A stretch of 64,000 bases of DNA, from NCBI RefSeq assembly GCF_964204645.1, contig NC_134026.1, forward strand, positions 16,154,150 to 16,218,149, written 5' to 3'. The notes under the pieces were generated by a model. That model worked only from the letters and a program-made list of their open reading frames with translations, made no database searches and was not told the origin of the DNA. This stretch comes from Tubulanus polymorphus. Lineage: Eukaryota > Animalia > Nemertea. Numbering within the stretch: the first letter of the stretch is position 1; the number at the start of each line of letters is the position of its first letter. Below, piece after piece: positions 1-14,970 of this stretch. The translations under genes and the position numbers were made by a program.

Positions 1-2081
1 AGCAGATCCAATTCTGTAGCGAAGTGATAATGATCAGGTTTGAATGTTAAAATAAATTCCGACGGGTGAAATCAATTCTTATTTATCGAGCATACCTGAT
101 AAAGTCTGGTTTCAACGCTGAATCACATTGTCTGCCTATTGCTGCGATATTAGTTTCGAATCCCGAAAATGCTATAATCTATTTTTCTATAACACCCTGC
201 GTGGCTGCACAGAAAATCTGTTATCACTGCTTTGCAATTATATTCTTATTTTCCCAGACGTGTTAATTGTCATCTATGATATGGATCTTCGTTAACCTAT
301 TAGCATCATGACATTTTCTGCCACATCCAACCCAAAAACAACTACGCACAATAAAACGTGTCTGATTTTTTATTTCAACCCATCAATTCCCTCTGAAATT
401 GTTTCTTTCCGAATTCATCCTTTTCCAATTTCACACCTTTTCACACCCCCTTCCATCTCGCCTGTCATTCCCATTTCAAACCCTCAAAATTTCACTCATC
501 ATCTTTTATCGTTATGGGCAATTTCATTTTTTTCAGAATCCATCGAGTCGATGGATTCCCTGTCGGACATGGAAACCATCCAAAATTATATATCTTATAT
601 ATAGTAGATAATAACAGGGCGGTTTGAAATTGTTGTATTCGGATGATTCGACTTTGACGAGGGGGTTAATCACGGTCAAATCCTAAAATAATTCCTTTTG
701 ATGAAATGATTCCTGAAAATGCATTCTGACCTTAGCCCGAAGTACTTTGCGATGTGCTTTCTACTAGATATATAAATGAAGTGCGAAAAGCACATACCCT
801 TATCTCAGGCTGTCAGTGCTTAAGAGAGCACGTGCTGCAAAATTTCTTTAGCGTGTAGACAGTGTATACATGAATTTAAGCAATAGACAACCCATACGCC
901 ATCTATCCAATCAGACAGGGCTAACGCTTTCGAGTGGCACACATCATCCTCTACATAACTACATGTCATACATGTTCTCGTGAAAAGGGTTAAAAGTGAT
1001 TCAAGTACATCGTATTCCTGGAACCTGCAGCCTTTAAACTTCAAGGAACTATATTCACAGTCTTTTGCCAAAGGTAATCACAGAACAGTACTTGCATTGA
1101 GAGTCACTATATTTCACCATTTCTTAACGAATAAAACTTCTGGACTATAAAATGTAGAAAAAGGGGCAAATAGAAGGAGGTCAAAATCGGAAAGGATTGA
1201 GATGGAACCGAATAAAGGGGAAGGGGCAAAATGGACAACGGTAAAATGGGAAAACGTTGATCAGGGAAAGAGACGGGATAGAATTAAGGTGGGAAGTTGG
1301 AAGGGGTGAAATGGGAATGAAAGAAATCGGAATAAACCCAAGAGAAATGTTATTAATACCCCATATCCATGATAGCGCTGTAATAGAATAAGGACGAACG
1401 TATCCCATCGATTTTAAGGGCCTACGTCTTAGCCTCCCACAACGCTTCTAATGGACGAGAAAATGATTCACGAATAATCCACATATTAAAGGCCGGGTGC
1501 AGGCAAACCACCTGGCGAATAAAGCTGATTAACCGTAACTAGAAAATAAACCGATTTTTGGATTTGACGTCGTTTGGATGGTACCGGTATGAGATTAATA
1601 TTTCCATATTGATTTCAACAACCAGAAAAGGTAAAACCTCCCTTGTGTAACCAATGATCGAAAAATTCGAGGAAAAGGAAGGTATATTAGCCATGGTTGC
1701 GCGCGACAAGAATGTGAAAAAAACGATTATATCATAACAACCGCTTCAGTGGTGGGATGGGCTAAAGAACGGCGATAAAGACCACCGCACTCCCACGATT
1801 TCGTCGGATCGCCAGGTTTCAAGGAGGTATTATGCTGATAAAAGTCACTTGCCACTATATCATTGTTGTCGTCAAACTCAATTCAAGCGGATCGTAAAAT
1901 GACTTAAAGAATTAAACATTGCAACTTAAATGCCACCAGTGTATGTATATGTCCAAGTAGAAACTTGGTGAAGCGCACACAGCCGAAAAATCCCATTTTC
2001 ATTAGATAGATAGAGAGATCAGAAACTAAATTTGTAATAATGTTTAATTATAAGTAGTCGGAATAAATAATATATCCCTTT

Positions 2082-2340
2082 AAAGCTGGGTGTAGGTCGG
2101 CCTTACAATGCGACGCAATCGCCCCGCAAGTGGGGGTGGGTGTAAGTCGGTTGCGATGCGATTTATCAGCGACGCGATCTGCGATTCTAGTTGTGGTGGT
2201 AATGGCCGGCGTAGGTCGGCAGTCGCGAGGGAGCGTAGGTCGGCGGGTCGTTGCGACGCGATCGTCGATGGCGTCGCAGCGAGTCGCAAATCGCAATATA
2301 TTAATGATGGTCATTTTGCAACACACGGATCGCGCAAAGA
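2082..2340. mobile_element. Probable terminal fragment of a Harbinger-like MITE
   Basis: GC-rich patch starting ttaaAGCTGGGTGTAGGTCG with recurrent GTAGGTCGG/TGCGACGC motifs, similar in style to the TIR of the element at 40014-40772. No partner end found. Confidence 0.3.
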
Positions 2341-3478
2341 TTCGATCCTGCGCAGATGCTGTGAAGCTGCGTGCCAGAACGTTCCGTGGTGCGGCGCGTG
2401 TGTTTCCACGAGATTCGACCCAACGTGCATTTTACTGCGCGATACTGAAACCTTGTTATTCTAAAAAAGCCGCCAAGGAGAGGGCTAAGTAGAGTGTGGT
2501 TGTATGGGATTCGGATCCATATACATTTTGTAACGTAAAAATGTATTGACGTTACTTATGAATATCACATATTAAACAAAATTACAGATACAACAATAAT
2601 CATCTTTCTATGTGTCCATTGTCATCTTCAATTTCTTAATCGTTCGTTTGAATTCAAAACTGTCATCAGCCGCGAGTTACGAAATTCATCCGTGCCCGTC
2701 ATTTCCGTTGTCATTCCGAAGTTGTAGACAACACTTTTTTGAAAAGGGAGGGTATAGGAGAAATATTGAAAATTTGAAATTGCTTCACACACACACTTTT
2801 AACTTATTAAAGGACCTTCCATGTAACAGACAATAAATAATCAATATGTATACTCATTACACTTCCCTAGATATACAGAGAAAATAAACTGTTGTCAACG
2901 AAACTGGTATAAACATCACTAACTCTTTAAGTTAAATCAATTTTATTTCATATTGCACATGTAGATTTGGGCCCAATCCAATTAAATTAATGAAGAAATT
3001 AAATCAATTCTTCGTTAAAACTTGGAAAAATGAAAACTTATGCCAGAGTTAAGATGCGGGTGGAAAGAAGATGACTGCAACTCTATTTGTTTGATTCATT
3101 TCTGATTCGATTCATTTAAAAAAATTAGGCCTTGGGCCTAAAAAGATTGGAAAGTGAGTAAAGATTGTCGGATTGTCGAAACATATGTCATCGACAATGC
3201 ATCTATTTCTAGGATTATTGTCGAACGATATTTCACGTCAATGCCACTGATTGTCATATTGTCGCAGGATATTTCTTCGACAGTGCTTTCGATTGTCGGA
3301 TTGTCGAAAGAAATTTCTTGTTTTGTTTGTTTTTTTTTGGCTTAACGCCGCTTGGGTCCTGGTTTCCCAAGACTAACCCTACCTAGATTATCAATTTAAT
3401 CTCACGACGGGACGGCCTTTGAATGAAACGTTGCCCGCACACTGTAAGCAGCCAACAGGACTCGAACCCACTTGTCAC

Positions 3479-4341
3479 GGTCGTCATTAGTTCCAAGACG
3501 AGTTTGTCGATGACGTCATTGGTAAATAATAACATAACCACGTGCGTGAGGAACAGATTTAAATACAAAGACTTTATTCAACCAATTCCGTGCGCCGAAT
3601 TGTATGATCATAAACAAATTGCCGCAATCTTTTCCTTCGTTATCATCTTTTGATGATTCTTTGTTCAGCATTATTCAAAAACGAATAACCACTAGTTTGT
3701 AAAGAAACAAAATGAATTATTTACTTGCGTAGAAGTAGTAATGTTAATTTTCTTGCAAGACTTATAATGATAAAATCTAACAACCCTTGCTAGTAGACTA
3801 TTGATGTGTTTTTAGATACCCATTCAACAATAGCCGGAATCATAGAATAGTTCAAAGTTCTTCAATTCGTCTTAAATTTAGTATGATATGTGAAACTGGG
3901 TCTACTGAAAATATCAATTCGAAACCCTGTCCTATTTCAGTAGTATGAACTAACTGATAGCTTATCATAAGAGATTTCAGAAAAAAACAACATAAAACAC
4001 GAAACAAAACATTCTTTATTTTTCTTCTCGATTAAGCCTTCTCAGTAGAGTTCGATTCAGACCGACGTGTGTTTTGCAATCCTTCACAGTAAAGAATGGA
4101 TTAAAAAACGATGTTTTAGGTCAACTGCCAGTCCTTTCTAGTCCTGATCAGACTTTTTATCAGGTATTTACTATCAAGCCCGACTGAGCTAGGCCACCGT
4201 CTGATGCTCTCTCTCAAGTCAAGTTGAAATAGACATTTCCAACTGCTCTAACAGATAAGAGCGCGTACCAGGACGCACGTGGTTATGTTGTTATTTATAT
4301 ATGACGTCATCGACAAACTCGTCTTGGAACTAATGACGACC
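3479..4341. mobile_element. Non-autonomous Mutator-like MITE
   Basis: Perfect ~41-bp TIR (GGTCGTCATTAGTTCCAAGACGAGTTTGTCGATGACGTCAT, inverse at 4301-4341), extending imperfectly to ~70 bp. 10-bp TSD CACTTGTCAC at 3469-3478 and 4342-4351. Confidence 0.85.
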
Positions 4342-5509
4342 CACTTGTCACTAGTCAAGTGACAACATTTCTCACTTTGTCATTATGTTAGGTTCGGTTA
4401 AAAGACACTTTGAAGTATCCACATATACGCATTTATCAAAAGCCCGGCGTTCGTCTTATGTGCCTAAATCAAAACTTGGGGAATCGCGCACAGCCGGAAA
4501 ATCACGTTTCGGTCTACTGTCTGAAACACATGCTCTCCGTGCGTCGTTTTTGTCCGTAATTTCGTTAATAATCAATTGATCCGTGAATATTATGCATCAA
4601 TTTTTTCAGTAAGAAAACTGCATTCAGAAATAAATTATGAATTGGCATAATTTGTTTGTGTTTTCATCTATCAGTGATTGTTTACCAAGCATACGCTCGC
4701 GTAATCTTGAAAAACGGCTTTAAAGTAGAATAAAAAATCATTCTGACCTAGAATTAGGTACATGTTCATGCAGCACACAATAATTCACATTTGTCGTTGT
4801 ACTTAGAAGACAGGAGTTCATCATAAGAAACTCTTCCGGATGATTATTCCATATCTAAATTCACCAGCACTTCCATTAAAAAATGAAAAATAACACCCAT
4901 ATACTGAAATACACGCAAAGAAAACAGCGCCGAATCTCGGAATGACAATACACGCGCTGCAGGTAAAGAGCCATAGGAAAAAAACTAGGCAAGATATCTT
5001 AACATTTCAAAGTTCACCCGAAAGAGGGCATTTATGCGCACAGTTCTTGAAATGCTTGGATTTTTTAGAAAATTATTTCTGAAAATAACGAACTTCAAAG
5101 TTCAGTACCCTGGATTTCTATGCGCACGGAAAAAACTGACCGCCAATTTTTATATCGCTCTCATGTCGCATTGTTGCAAATTTAAAAAATGATTTTTACA
5201 TAACTGAAAACTAGAGATTTATGCGGTTTGAATGTTGCTGAAACTGTCAAAATCCATCCATGGACAGATGAAATATGATACAACACACATCACGGATAGT
5301 TTTTAAAAAAGAGAAAAAATGACCCAACAATACAGGACAAAAGTACCCTAACAAAATGGCGGCTAGCAACTGTAAAATGGTTTATTACAGACGATTAGAT
5401 GGTAATGTAATATAAGTCGATAGATACCAGGAAAAGTTAAAAACTTGTGACCATAAAACATGGCCCGGCACCCATGGAAATCACACACGCACACACACAC
5501 GCGCGTGTG

Positions 5510-5660
5510 CTACGAGTTTGATAATTGTGAATTTCATATCGAAATTGAAAATAATTTTTAAAAGAATAAGGTTGCATGGATTTGTTATAATTAAACATAA
5601 ACCATCCTAACTGTAATTTGTTCATTTCTCTGATTCTTAGTTTTTTTCAGTCTTTAAAAA
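5510..5660 (-). pseudogene. CR1/L2/Crack-type LINE ORF2 C-terminal fragment
   Basis: Translation NKLQLGWFMFNYNKSMQPYSFKNYFQFRYEIHNYQTR matches the typical LP..F..YF....IH.Y.TR tail of these LINEs. Confidence 0.5.
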
Positions 5661-5681
5661 TATCTCCACAACCATGGGTTA

Positions 5682-5975
5682 TTATTGGTAGCACATCCTA
5701 TCAAACAGTTCAAGTGCCATTTTAATAGGCAGTCGAAGATCTCTAATATGACGAACAACACAGAACATTGCTCTAGAACCTTGGTCATATAAGGCGCTTT
5801 TTGCACACATTACATGAACTATTATAGTTGAAAACAATACCAAGGTACGTGCTGACACTAATTCAATTTCTACACCATCAAACAGTAAAGTCACTCTGCC
5901 TTCATTTTTACCTCTAGAAAATACAAGAACCTTGGATTTCGTTCCATTTACTTTCAATTTCCACGTATTACAATA
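5682..5975 (-). pseudogene. RTE-X-like LINE reverse transcriptase fragment
   Basis: CNTWKLKVNGTKSKVLVFSRG...LYDQGSRAMF...LRLPIKMALELFD aligns by eye with the post-YADD region of the LINEs at 31745 and 36252. Confidence 0.7.
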
Positions 5976-7225
5976 ACACGATTGCTTTGAGCCCTTTATT
6001 CCAAGTCCAAGACAATGAAAGGAGGATGTGGTGAACTGCAAGCATGGCCATGGCCTATGCATACTTGGAACGTTAGAATAAAACAATAGTCATTGTTTTT
6101 GAATCCACATTGTGGGTGTTTACGCAATTAGCCACTCTCATTAATCTTTAATAGTACAAAGAAGACAAATCAAGTTTTCTGTGATTGGAAAACCTAACAA
6201 AGTCACATTATGGATTAATATCAAGAAAAGTAACCAAAAATTCTGCCGAAAAAATTTGGAAAAAATATCGGTAGGAGAATTGATGTGATGTTACATTTCA
6301 TCTTCGTTTAAGATAGATGTTTACGTACATAGTAGCATCCGAAATCGACGGCGCAAGCGGCCAGTAGTACTAGCTTCTTTATTAGGGATAAGGTGCGCGG
6401 CCACCAATTTCTTTGCCGACCGGTCGTCCGTCTATTCAAGCGTATTAGATGCGCTGTTTTTCGCTGGCAGATTCGCTACGCATTTGATTGGCTAGAGACT
6501 GCTGGCCAAGAAATCTGGCAATGTAATAGGCGAACTAGGGCTTGTGTTGGCGTTAGCCGTTTCAGCGTAAGGCAATAAAATCCTGGCAAGCAGGGATGCT
6601 GCATTGTCAGATCATCCGAATGCGCGACTTTGATTGACACATTCGACCAATTGCCGCTTTTGGTTACAAAACCAAATCAGCAGTTTATGCTAATTAACTA
6701 GTACAAACGAGACAACAACAATTTAAAAGAGGGGTCTAACAAGTGGGCCTGCCCATACATTTGACACAGTTACGCAGTTCAGATGTTTCAAGAAAAGTAA
6801 GAATAAAGTGGAGTTTCAGGGAGACTTCAGTAGCGAAACCGCTTGTTACGATAGGCGGGGGCATTGGGCCGTTCCTGCCAAATGTGAGCAGAGTGTTAAA
6901 CGTGGGGTTTTCACAGGGACACGTAGGTACCTATCTCTGCTTTCTCTGTTTACAGCATTCTGGAAACGTGCCAACATTTTACACTATAAGCAAGCACCAC
7001 CGAATAGTAACGTAATGTTTCAAATATCACGCTTCATGGGAAAAAATTTGTGCCCGATTCATTCTGAGTGTTGCTCTGGAAACAATTCAATCTCGATTTC
7101 AATCTCAAGAAATAGTCAACTAGAAAATTACTTTACACAAGAATCTTGTCAACTATGTTATCTACTGAATAGAACGCATTCATACAAATTAACGGCTGTT
7201 TCCATGTCTATTGATCCCTCCACCC

Positions 7226-7670
7226 CAGTCAAAGCTCGTTATAACGCCAGCAACGAGACTGTCGAAATATTTGCGGTATAACGATATGGCGATGGTGAGA
7301 GATGACATAGTATATATGACAAAATCTAGAATTGACATAAATTAGGAAGCGTCAAGGTCTTAACTTATTTCATTTAGATAATAGACAAAAATGATACTGC
7401 AGTGTAGATGTGTGATACTGCCAACGTGCACATGTATCGATTCATAAAATAACAGACTGGAAACACCGTTGACCAAAGATCGTTGGCGGTATAACGAATG
7501 TTTTCTCTATGAGTTCGCATAGAACTGGTCTAGGATTTCGATGGCGTTATGGCGGAGGGTGAGAGGTGGTTTAACGAGAGATATTTACATATAGAAATAG
7601 ATACCAAAAGAACTGTGCACAAGGAAATTCTTGGCAAAGGTGAATTTCGCGGTATAACGAGATTTGACTG
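7226..7670. mobile_element. Tc1/pogo-type MITE
   Basis: TIR CAGTCAAAGCTCGTTATA versus TATAACGAGATTTGACTG, followed by TA on the right. The left TA is not preserved. Confidence 0.55.
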
Positions 7671-10600
7671 TACTTAAATATAAAATTTGATACAGTTTAA
7701 CTCCTGATGCATCTTAAAAGCAGGGCAAAATATTCGTTGCCGAGATGCATTAGAGGAAACATAGGGACTGTCCGGCCAACCCCTAGCCACCACGAGCCAT
7801 GTAAACGGGTAGCAAGAAACAACCCGCGACTAGAGAGTTGACAGGAACCCCAAACGCTAAAAATACCAAATTACATTAGAATTAATAGGCCTTATAAAAG
7901 ATGGGATGCAAAAGAAATCATTCCATCCAATCACCTTTTCTATCTACCTCAAAATTCTGTAATACATTCAAATGAAAAAATTCTTTGACGTCAAGAAGAG
8001 CTTATCTCTCTTTTAAAAACTAGAATATCCTAAAATTCTCGTTCATATGACGATGGTTCTGAACTCACAGATTAAAATGAATCGTAACAATAATGATTTC
8101 TTAGGATACATCGCAAGATAGATCAAATCCACAAATGAAAGCCGATAGCACTAAGCTTACCTCCTTATTAGTTAACTAAAATAAGACTAAGGCACACTCG
8201 CTACGCAATTACAATCATCTACCTGGAATAATGATAATAATCTTCACAAACTCAACATAATGCTGGCAGAGGGCGAAAAAACTAAGCTAAGAAATGGCTA
8301 CATACCGGTATACAGATATGCGTTTGCAATCAGCCGAAACACCAAATCCTACCGGAATCTCTAGCTATGCTCTCGAAACATAACTAGGGCGAACTGGAAT
8401 AGATCACCTCTATCAGCTCCTTTTTTGAACAAACTCATCGACCCCAATTGAATCTTACTGTCTAAATTTAAACCCATCGCCCACTCTCTTATTATAGTTT
8501 CAAAACAAATCGATTTACAGCCAGAAAAATTAAATCTATACTGTCATGATCATTTTCTCTGTTCCCCTTTTTGCTATCTTGTTTTGCTATCTTGTACATT
8601 TCACATATTCTCTCGAATCTTGATGTTACTCCTTTCAAAATTCTAATCTCCGGTTGAGAACATTCACTCGTATTCTTAGCCGTAGCAAAAAATGGTTTTG
8701 TGCGTTTGATATATAATCTATATGCATACGTTTATTGCTAGATATTGTCTTAATCAAGTGATCACAATATACAATTAGTTATTCTGAGCTTGAATACACT
8801 CATAATTGAGTCGAATAGGGAAGTTTCCAGTTACCAGGCGCCATTTCGAGGCGGTCCCGCGGGTTCCGCGTTGTTGGACAGATTTTAACATTTCTTACAC
8901 TAAAACCTCCAGCGCGATTAATCGTCGTCCATCCGCCTTTTGCCACAAACGTTATTAAAAAGTTATATATCGCTAGAAAGTATATTATAGAAAATTTCTT
9001 TTTTCTGATGGTGCTAATTTTATTTTTCTAGGCTGCAACGATTGGACACAGTTACAATTTTAAAAGATACGTCATTTTAGGAAGGCGCCAAAATATGTAA
9101 TTTTGTGTTATTGGCTGCAAATTGTTCATGTTTTGAGGTACAATGTAGAATTTTCAAATGGAGATAGCGTTTTAAACTTATAGGGTTTATACTTATAGAG
9201 TTGTTGATACTGCATTCGTAAAATATATCATCATAGAAATGCACTCGGTCGAGTTAACGAAAAGCGCGCGGGAGCGGTTGACCATCGCTTTTCTGCATTA
9301 CGCTGGTTAACCTATATCACCGGAAACTTCAAAATTTTAAAGTTTTTTAGGGTTGAAATCATCGTTTGATTGTTTCATGTTGTATTAAGGGTACAATTCT
9401 CAAATTAGATCTATTGTTGTGGAATCAGTAACAGAAAGAATAACCCAGGAAGTCATCTGTGATTGGCAGAGCAATGTAGCCAATCAGAGACACAGTTACA
9501 GGCAGCAGCGCCAGCTGCCAGAGAGGACGCTAGCTAACGGCCCGGTTGTCGCGGCGTAAACATTGTTATGCCCAGTTCCGATGCAAAAGCCTCTTTTACG
9601 CCAAGACAACCAAGTCGAACCACGCAGTTGATGATGTAGGCCGGACGCCCGTGACATCTGGCAGTTTAATAGCTGATAAACTAAAGGTTACAAAATATGG
9701 TAATTGATCCAATGCGTTACCATGAAAGTGACCCAGCGAGTGTTGAGTACCACTACTAAAGGCTGGCCGTTGGTAAAGAAACGGTGAAAAACGGTTCCCA
9801 ATATACTTATAAAAGGGTTTCCATGGCAACACAATGAAGCCAAACAATACAAATAAAGACAAGGATGTATTATGAATGGATTGACGGGTTAGTGGGGCAA
9901 CCGCCACCAAGCCACGGGGGCCGGCCTGTGACAGTATCCCCAGGAGTTAAAAGTCAAATTGGGAAATGGGGGCTGTCCGTAACAAAACCCCACGGAGAGT
10001 TGATCAAGGCGGTGCGTAGGCGACCCCAAGTGGTGATCCAACGATCAGCGTGGATACAAGCCCCCGGACCGTAACCGAGAGGCCAGGTGGCTAACGACAC
10101 AGCTGTATATATTTCTTGATTGGATCTGATAATCGATGATCACCGCCCTGCAGCCTGTATCTGGGCTTCGGACCATCCCATCAGGGCCACATCCGTAGCG
10201 GCCCCAATTCTGAAAGAGTGGCCTTTGAAAACAGTGTGCGACAAGCCCGGGTCAGCAATAGTGACAGTCTGCGGGCCACAGCTGGACCATGTTTAAACAA
10301 ATTTCTGATGTAACGGGACAGGACTGTATGCGCAGCTGTAGGAGTCTAGAAGATTTTTGTTCATCAAAAATGGGGACTTGTCGACTGATTTTAAATGAAC
10401 ATCCCCCGTCCAAGCTCTGACCATGCAATTCTAAAATTATTTTGTTTGTGACGTCATATTAGGTCTGAGTCATTTTTCTGGGCTTTATCTCGTGCTTGAA
10501 ATGCAAAAATATCTTGTACATTGATAATAAACTATTGAAATAAAAGGCGACCCCGCAAAGCTCTACATCGACACCTAGACCAAGCGTTCAGTGATATTCA

Positions 10601-12083
10601 TAACTTCTGACTTCAATGATTTTTTTAATGGATAAGCAGCTGGATAAGTAAGACTTTGGTAAAAAACAATCAATCTAAACCTTTGGACTGTGGTGTTTAC
10701 AAAATTCCTTGTTTCGGTTCGACAAAAATTACTTTGGAGAAACTGGTCGTGATTTAAAAACTCGAATTTCAGAACATAAAAAGGATATAATAAATATAAA
10801 TAAAACCGGCTAGTGGCGTAGCATTACCAACTTTTTGGAACATCGCTATGTGCGCATGTGCAACAATGCAATAATAAAATTTGGCTCCGCGTCATTGAAA
10901 ATGCTATAGTCCTTGTGAATAAAATTAAAGTAGATGAAAATTGATTTAAAGAATCGTCGAAGTGCTGATAGATTCATGTTGTGGCTGTCTTTCTGCATCA
11001 AATGGACTAATTTTGAAAAATATCTTACGAATTCTACACTTTTACTTTTGATTATGAAAAAAGGGACAGAAATCCTTTCACGTTTGCAAGAAACGCATGG
11101 AATTTCATGCTTTCGGTACGATTTCCAAGCGTTATTCAAAGACAATAGAGGATGATAGAGTTAAAGTGCTGATAGATTCTGTAAATATAAGATATTTTTT
11201 ACCAATCACCGCTGAAATTTAGAAAATCAAGGTAATTTTTATCATTTACATTTAATCGTGAACTTGATACTAATTTGAGAGTTGGCCCGATGATAGCTCG
11301 CGCTGTATTAATTACTCGTCACTCAGATATTAGCACCAATAATGGCTTTTCCCCTCACAATTCCCTTCTGTCTAAGTATATTACTTCATGCCTTGCCAAA
11401 CACTTATTATTTGCTAACTCACTATTTTACTCAATTAAGCTAACCTGTTCTCCTCTGTATGTATACCCCTGTTTTGAGTCTATATCTCACACCTGACGAT
11501 GATCTCTAGTGTGAGATCGAAACGACGTGTTTTAACATTAGAAATAAATTCTCGATTTTAAATTCTTTCAATTGTACATAGTGGGTTTTTATCCTATTGT
11601 GCACAGAATAAATCTGAGTGTCCACTAATACTATATTGCTCACTGAAACACGTTCTTCGTAGTTCATATATGGTTTACCAGTCAGAACACTATCATACAT
11701 ATTACACCGGGTGTTTTGAAAGCAGATATTGACGCCAATAAACATGGACCTATATTGGACAATTGATTTAGAAGAGCCGGCTAAAAATTGCTTTAAGTTC
11801 CGAGATATTAGTGACTAAAGTTTTGAAGTGGGCGGCCGGATCATGCGGGTACCAGTCAAATGGAAACCCTCACTTTCCAGGGGTCCAGTATCGTTAATGA
11901 ACCTGCTTCCACCAGCGGGGAACTGCTTAGCTTTAGTAGATTCGAATCCCTTGACGGGTGAGGATGAAAAAACGGAATCGACTGTATATTATTGCGACAG
12001 CGCCACGGCGCTGGAGCATATTAAGTTGATCGGACCACCTGGTGTCTTCCAATACCACCACCTAGTGGGCTCGAATTCAAGTT

Positions 12084-12086
<3 letters not shown>

Positions 12087-12153
<67 letters not shown>
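12087..12153. repeat. (TA)n microsatellite
   Basis: About 33 uninterrupted AT/TA dinucleotides. Confidence 0.95.
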
Positions 12154-12159
<6 letters not shown>

Positions 12160-14516
12160 ATCGGCAAAGTTATGGTCCAGCCAAGGCCGCCCCTGCCACC
12201 ATGAAAAGATATGGATTCACTGTTCTAGCAGTACAGTATGAACAATTGCCTACAACGACTTTGAAATAGACATACAAACATATTTTATTCCTCTGTCGTA
12301 TATTTCAACATTTTGTAGCTGTACCTGCAACTGTTTTGTCAGATTAAAGCAGTTAATGTTGTCACATTCTAGACATTAAATAGAAGCGTCCATGTGTTTT
12401 CCTTTTACTTGGCCTACCTTCGACACTTAGCCTCAGTTACTTAGGTCAAACCATTTATCACATTTCGTTTGTTTTAATTATTCTGTGATACTAGCTGCTC
12501 ATATGTTTGGTACGATAGATAGGTGATTTAACTGGCAAACTATTCCTGCCGAAAGAATTAAATGGGGATAAAACCGCTTGTCGCTGTTTCGTAACAAGAT
12601 TATTCTAATCCCTCTGTACAATTAATTACACTTAAAATTAATGACACTTAGGCAGTGTATTCTAGAAAGTGAAATTTACTTACAATCTAATCTCAACTAA
12701 TCGAAATTGGCTGTTACAATCGAGGTCGTAGCGCACAATTAAGTGTTCCTACGTGTACTTCTAATACGTTAGCGAATATATTTTCTGGGTACTCTCCTGC
12801 TTGCACATGAATGGCCAGTACGCACCAAGTGCAAATGTTTGTACCCAACAAAACTGCGAAGACATATATTTTTGTTGTGTTGATTGCAGTTTTTTTTCCA
12901 GTTGTGCGTGTGAACAATCACTCTAAAATGCATGGCTAAATTCATTTGGGATGCATTGACAGGTTTAAAATCTTTGTTTTGAATACCTATACAGTATGTT
13001 ATCACAACATTTATTCACTTATCACCAAGCTACCTGTATTATACCTTAAAGGGAAGGTCCGTGAGATTTCAAGTCTTGGTGATTGCTAGTACCAATAGGC
13101 CAAACTAACTTTCATTCAATAAGTACATCTCCTCACTGCGTAATAATGTAACTAAAGTACATGTATAACACTGAAAACCCTGCCAGAATCGTTTCACTGA
13201 GCTAAAACAATTCTCGATGCGAAAGGTGCCGAACAGCTGATAGAACATAGAACTACATTTGAAAACTAAATCCACTAAAAACCCTTAGACTATTTCTTGC
13301 GGGGGCCGGGGACGATCATCAATGCTAACCGGCTTATAAATGCTTCAAGTATATACCAAAAAGGATAACGAGTCTATTTGACGTTCTTTACTTCTTCTTT
13401 CGGCTAGATTGGGCCCTAAAATGTGACTCAAGGCAATTCAGGTTAGATCACCCTCAAAATCGGCCTTTTATTGTTAATTCACTGATAGATTAATCAAAAT
13501 CAAGTCTGAAATAATCATGATTAGTAAAACTAAGAGTTTTTAGAAAAAAGTTCGTGGGAATTATTAGTAAGTTAGTCACAATACAATGAAGTATATCTCC
13601 ATGACTTGAAAAAGCATTTCATTCAGCCAAAATGTATGTAAAAATCTTATTCATGTCTCATCAATTGTGCAAAACTGAGTTTTCAATATGTATTCTCTAT
13701 TCTCTCTATTCTCTGTGGATATATTGCATGTACTGGATATCAGATGGATATTATGGAATAAATCATTTAAGAGAATACATAAATTAGTGCATGTATTACG
13801 AATAATATGGTACGTACATGGCAGTAATAGATAACCAGCATATTGATGTTCCTGGTGTGACAACTTTCAAATAGAATTTCAGTTACGCCTACTTTGATTA
13901 GTATCAATTCACATAAATGGTAATCGATATGAATGATATATATTATCATACATGATTCACCGTACCCTTATACAGTCCCTTGACATGACAAGAAATATGA
14001 ATCATAAATCTAAATGACGCTGTATGGAGATAAACAATACAAATAAAAAAACAGATTCAAAAGAAAAATAGGTGTGTAAGCTTTTTTTGGTTAGGGATTG
14101 TTGAATGGTCCATAGCGAAAAAGTAATGGTTAGAATATATTGTTTCAGTCACTCACCCTTTAAGCACAATTCCATTATCCCGTTTTGAAATAAAATTGCC
14201 AAGTCAATGACAGCAAGCGCTTACATTCGCAGAAGTCTAGCATAAATGAATGTGATGAGTTTACATGGCATGATATAAATACTCTAAGTCCAACACGCAC
14301 GGAAGAGTCAGGAGATAAGTGTCAACCTAGTGTTGACTTAATTCAATTATACCACTTAATGGTAATGTAACTAATGGCGACAGAAATCTGTTTTTTTAGT
14401 TGTGGGGCGATTTATAAAATATTATTTTTGCGATCGTAAAATTGACAGCCGCACGTAAACCTCAACCTTCATTATATACATTTTCATCTTATCACTAAAA
14501 ATTATAGAACTCAGAA

Positions 14517-14970
14517 TTGAAAGTACAGGTAATAAAATCCACAATAAATTGCAGCCATCTTGATATTTCAAGTCATGGATCTGAGGAGCAGCTAATTGTT
14601 CATGGTGTCGTAAAACTAGCAGCTTGGGGGTTCGGTTTAGATCGGTTGGATATCAGGTACATCGTGCAAGACTTCTTGAACTGTAAGGGTGCAAAAACTA
14701 GATTTGTCGACAATCTGCCAGGAGTTGACTGGATGACAGGATTTGAAAAAAGACACAGTGGTGTTCTAACGAGACGTACTGCCCAAAATTTGCCCGCAAA
14801 TAGGGCATATGCTTGTAATAAATCTGTGGTGGATGAATTTTTCGTTTTAAGAATGTAGACAAGTAGGCAATCCCGAAGCTCTTGAAAAAAGTTCATGAAT
14901 GTCACTGTTCTAGTCGTGCGAATGCCATATCGGGTTTCTAAAAGGGCGGCATATACCCGTTAAACAAATC
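14517..14970 (+). pseudogene. pogo/Tigger-like transposase relic (CENP-B HTH; DDE core deleted)
   Basis: EEQLIVHGVVKLAAWGFGL...NLPGVDWMTGFEKRH...LTRRTAQNL...VVDEFF, followed almost directly by the C-terminal NAISGF*KGGIYPLN motif. A pogo-like 3' end CAAGTTAACCCATGTTACCTTAC lies near 17328-17350. Confidence 0.75.

Noticed and set aside
800-1071. Possible minus-strand exon / 83-aa Cys-rich ORF
   Set aside because: Plausible splice signals exist, but every frame stops before the donor and there is no recognisable homology. It could be non-coding but is unsupported.
9500-10340. GC-richer patch with short ORFs, possibly a retroelement relic
   Set aside because: No recognisable protein motif or termini in any frame I could read.
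11828-12160. 110-aa ORF ending in (YI)n
   Set aside because: Its length comes from the TA microsatellite, and there is no homology.
13046-14163. Kolobok-like element (TTAAAGGG...CCCTTTAA)
   Set aside because: The inverted match does not extend beyond 8 bp.
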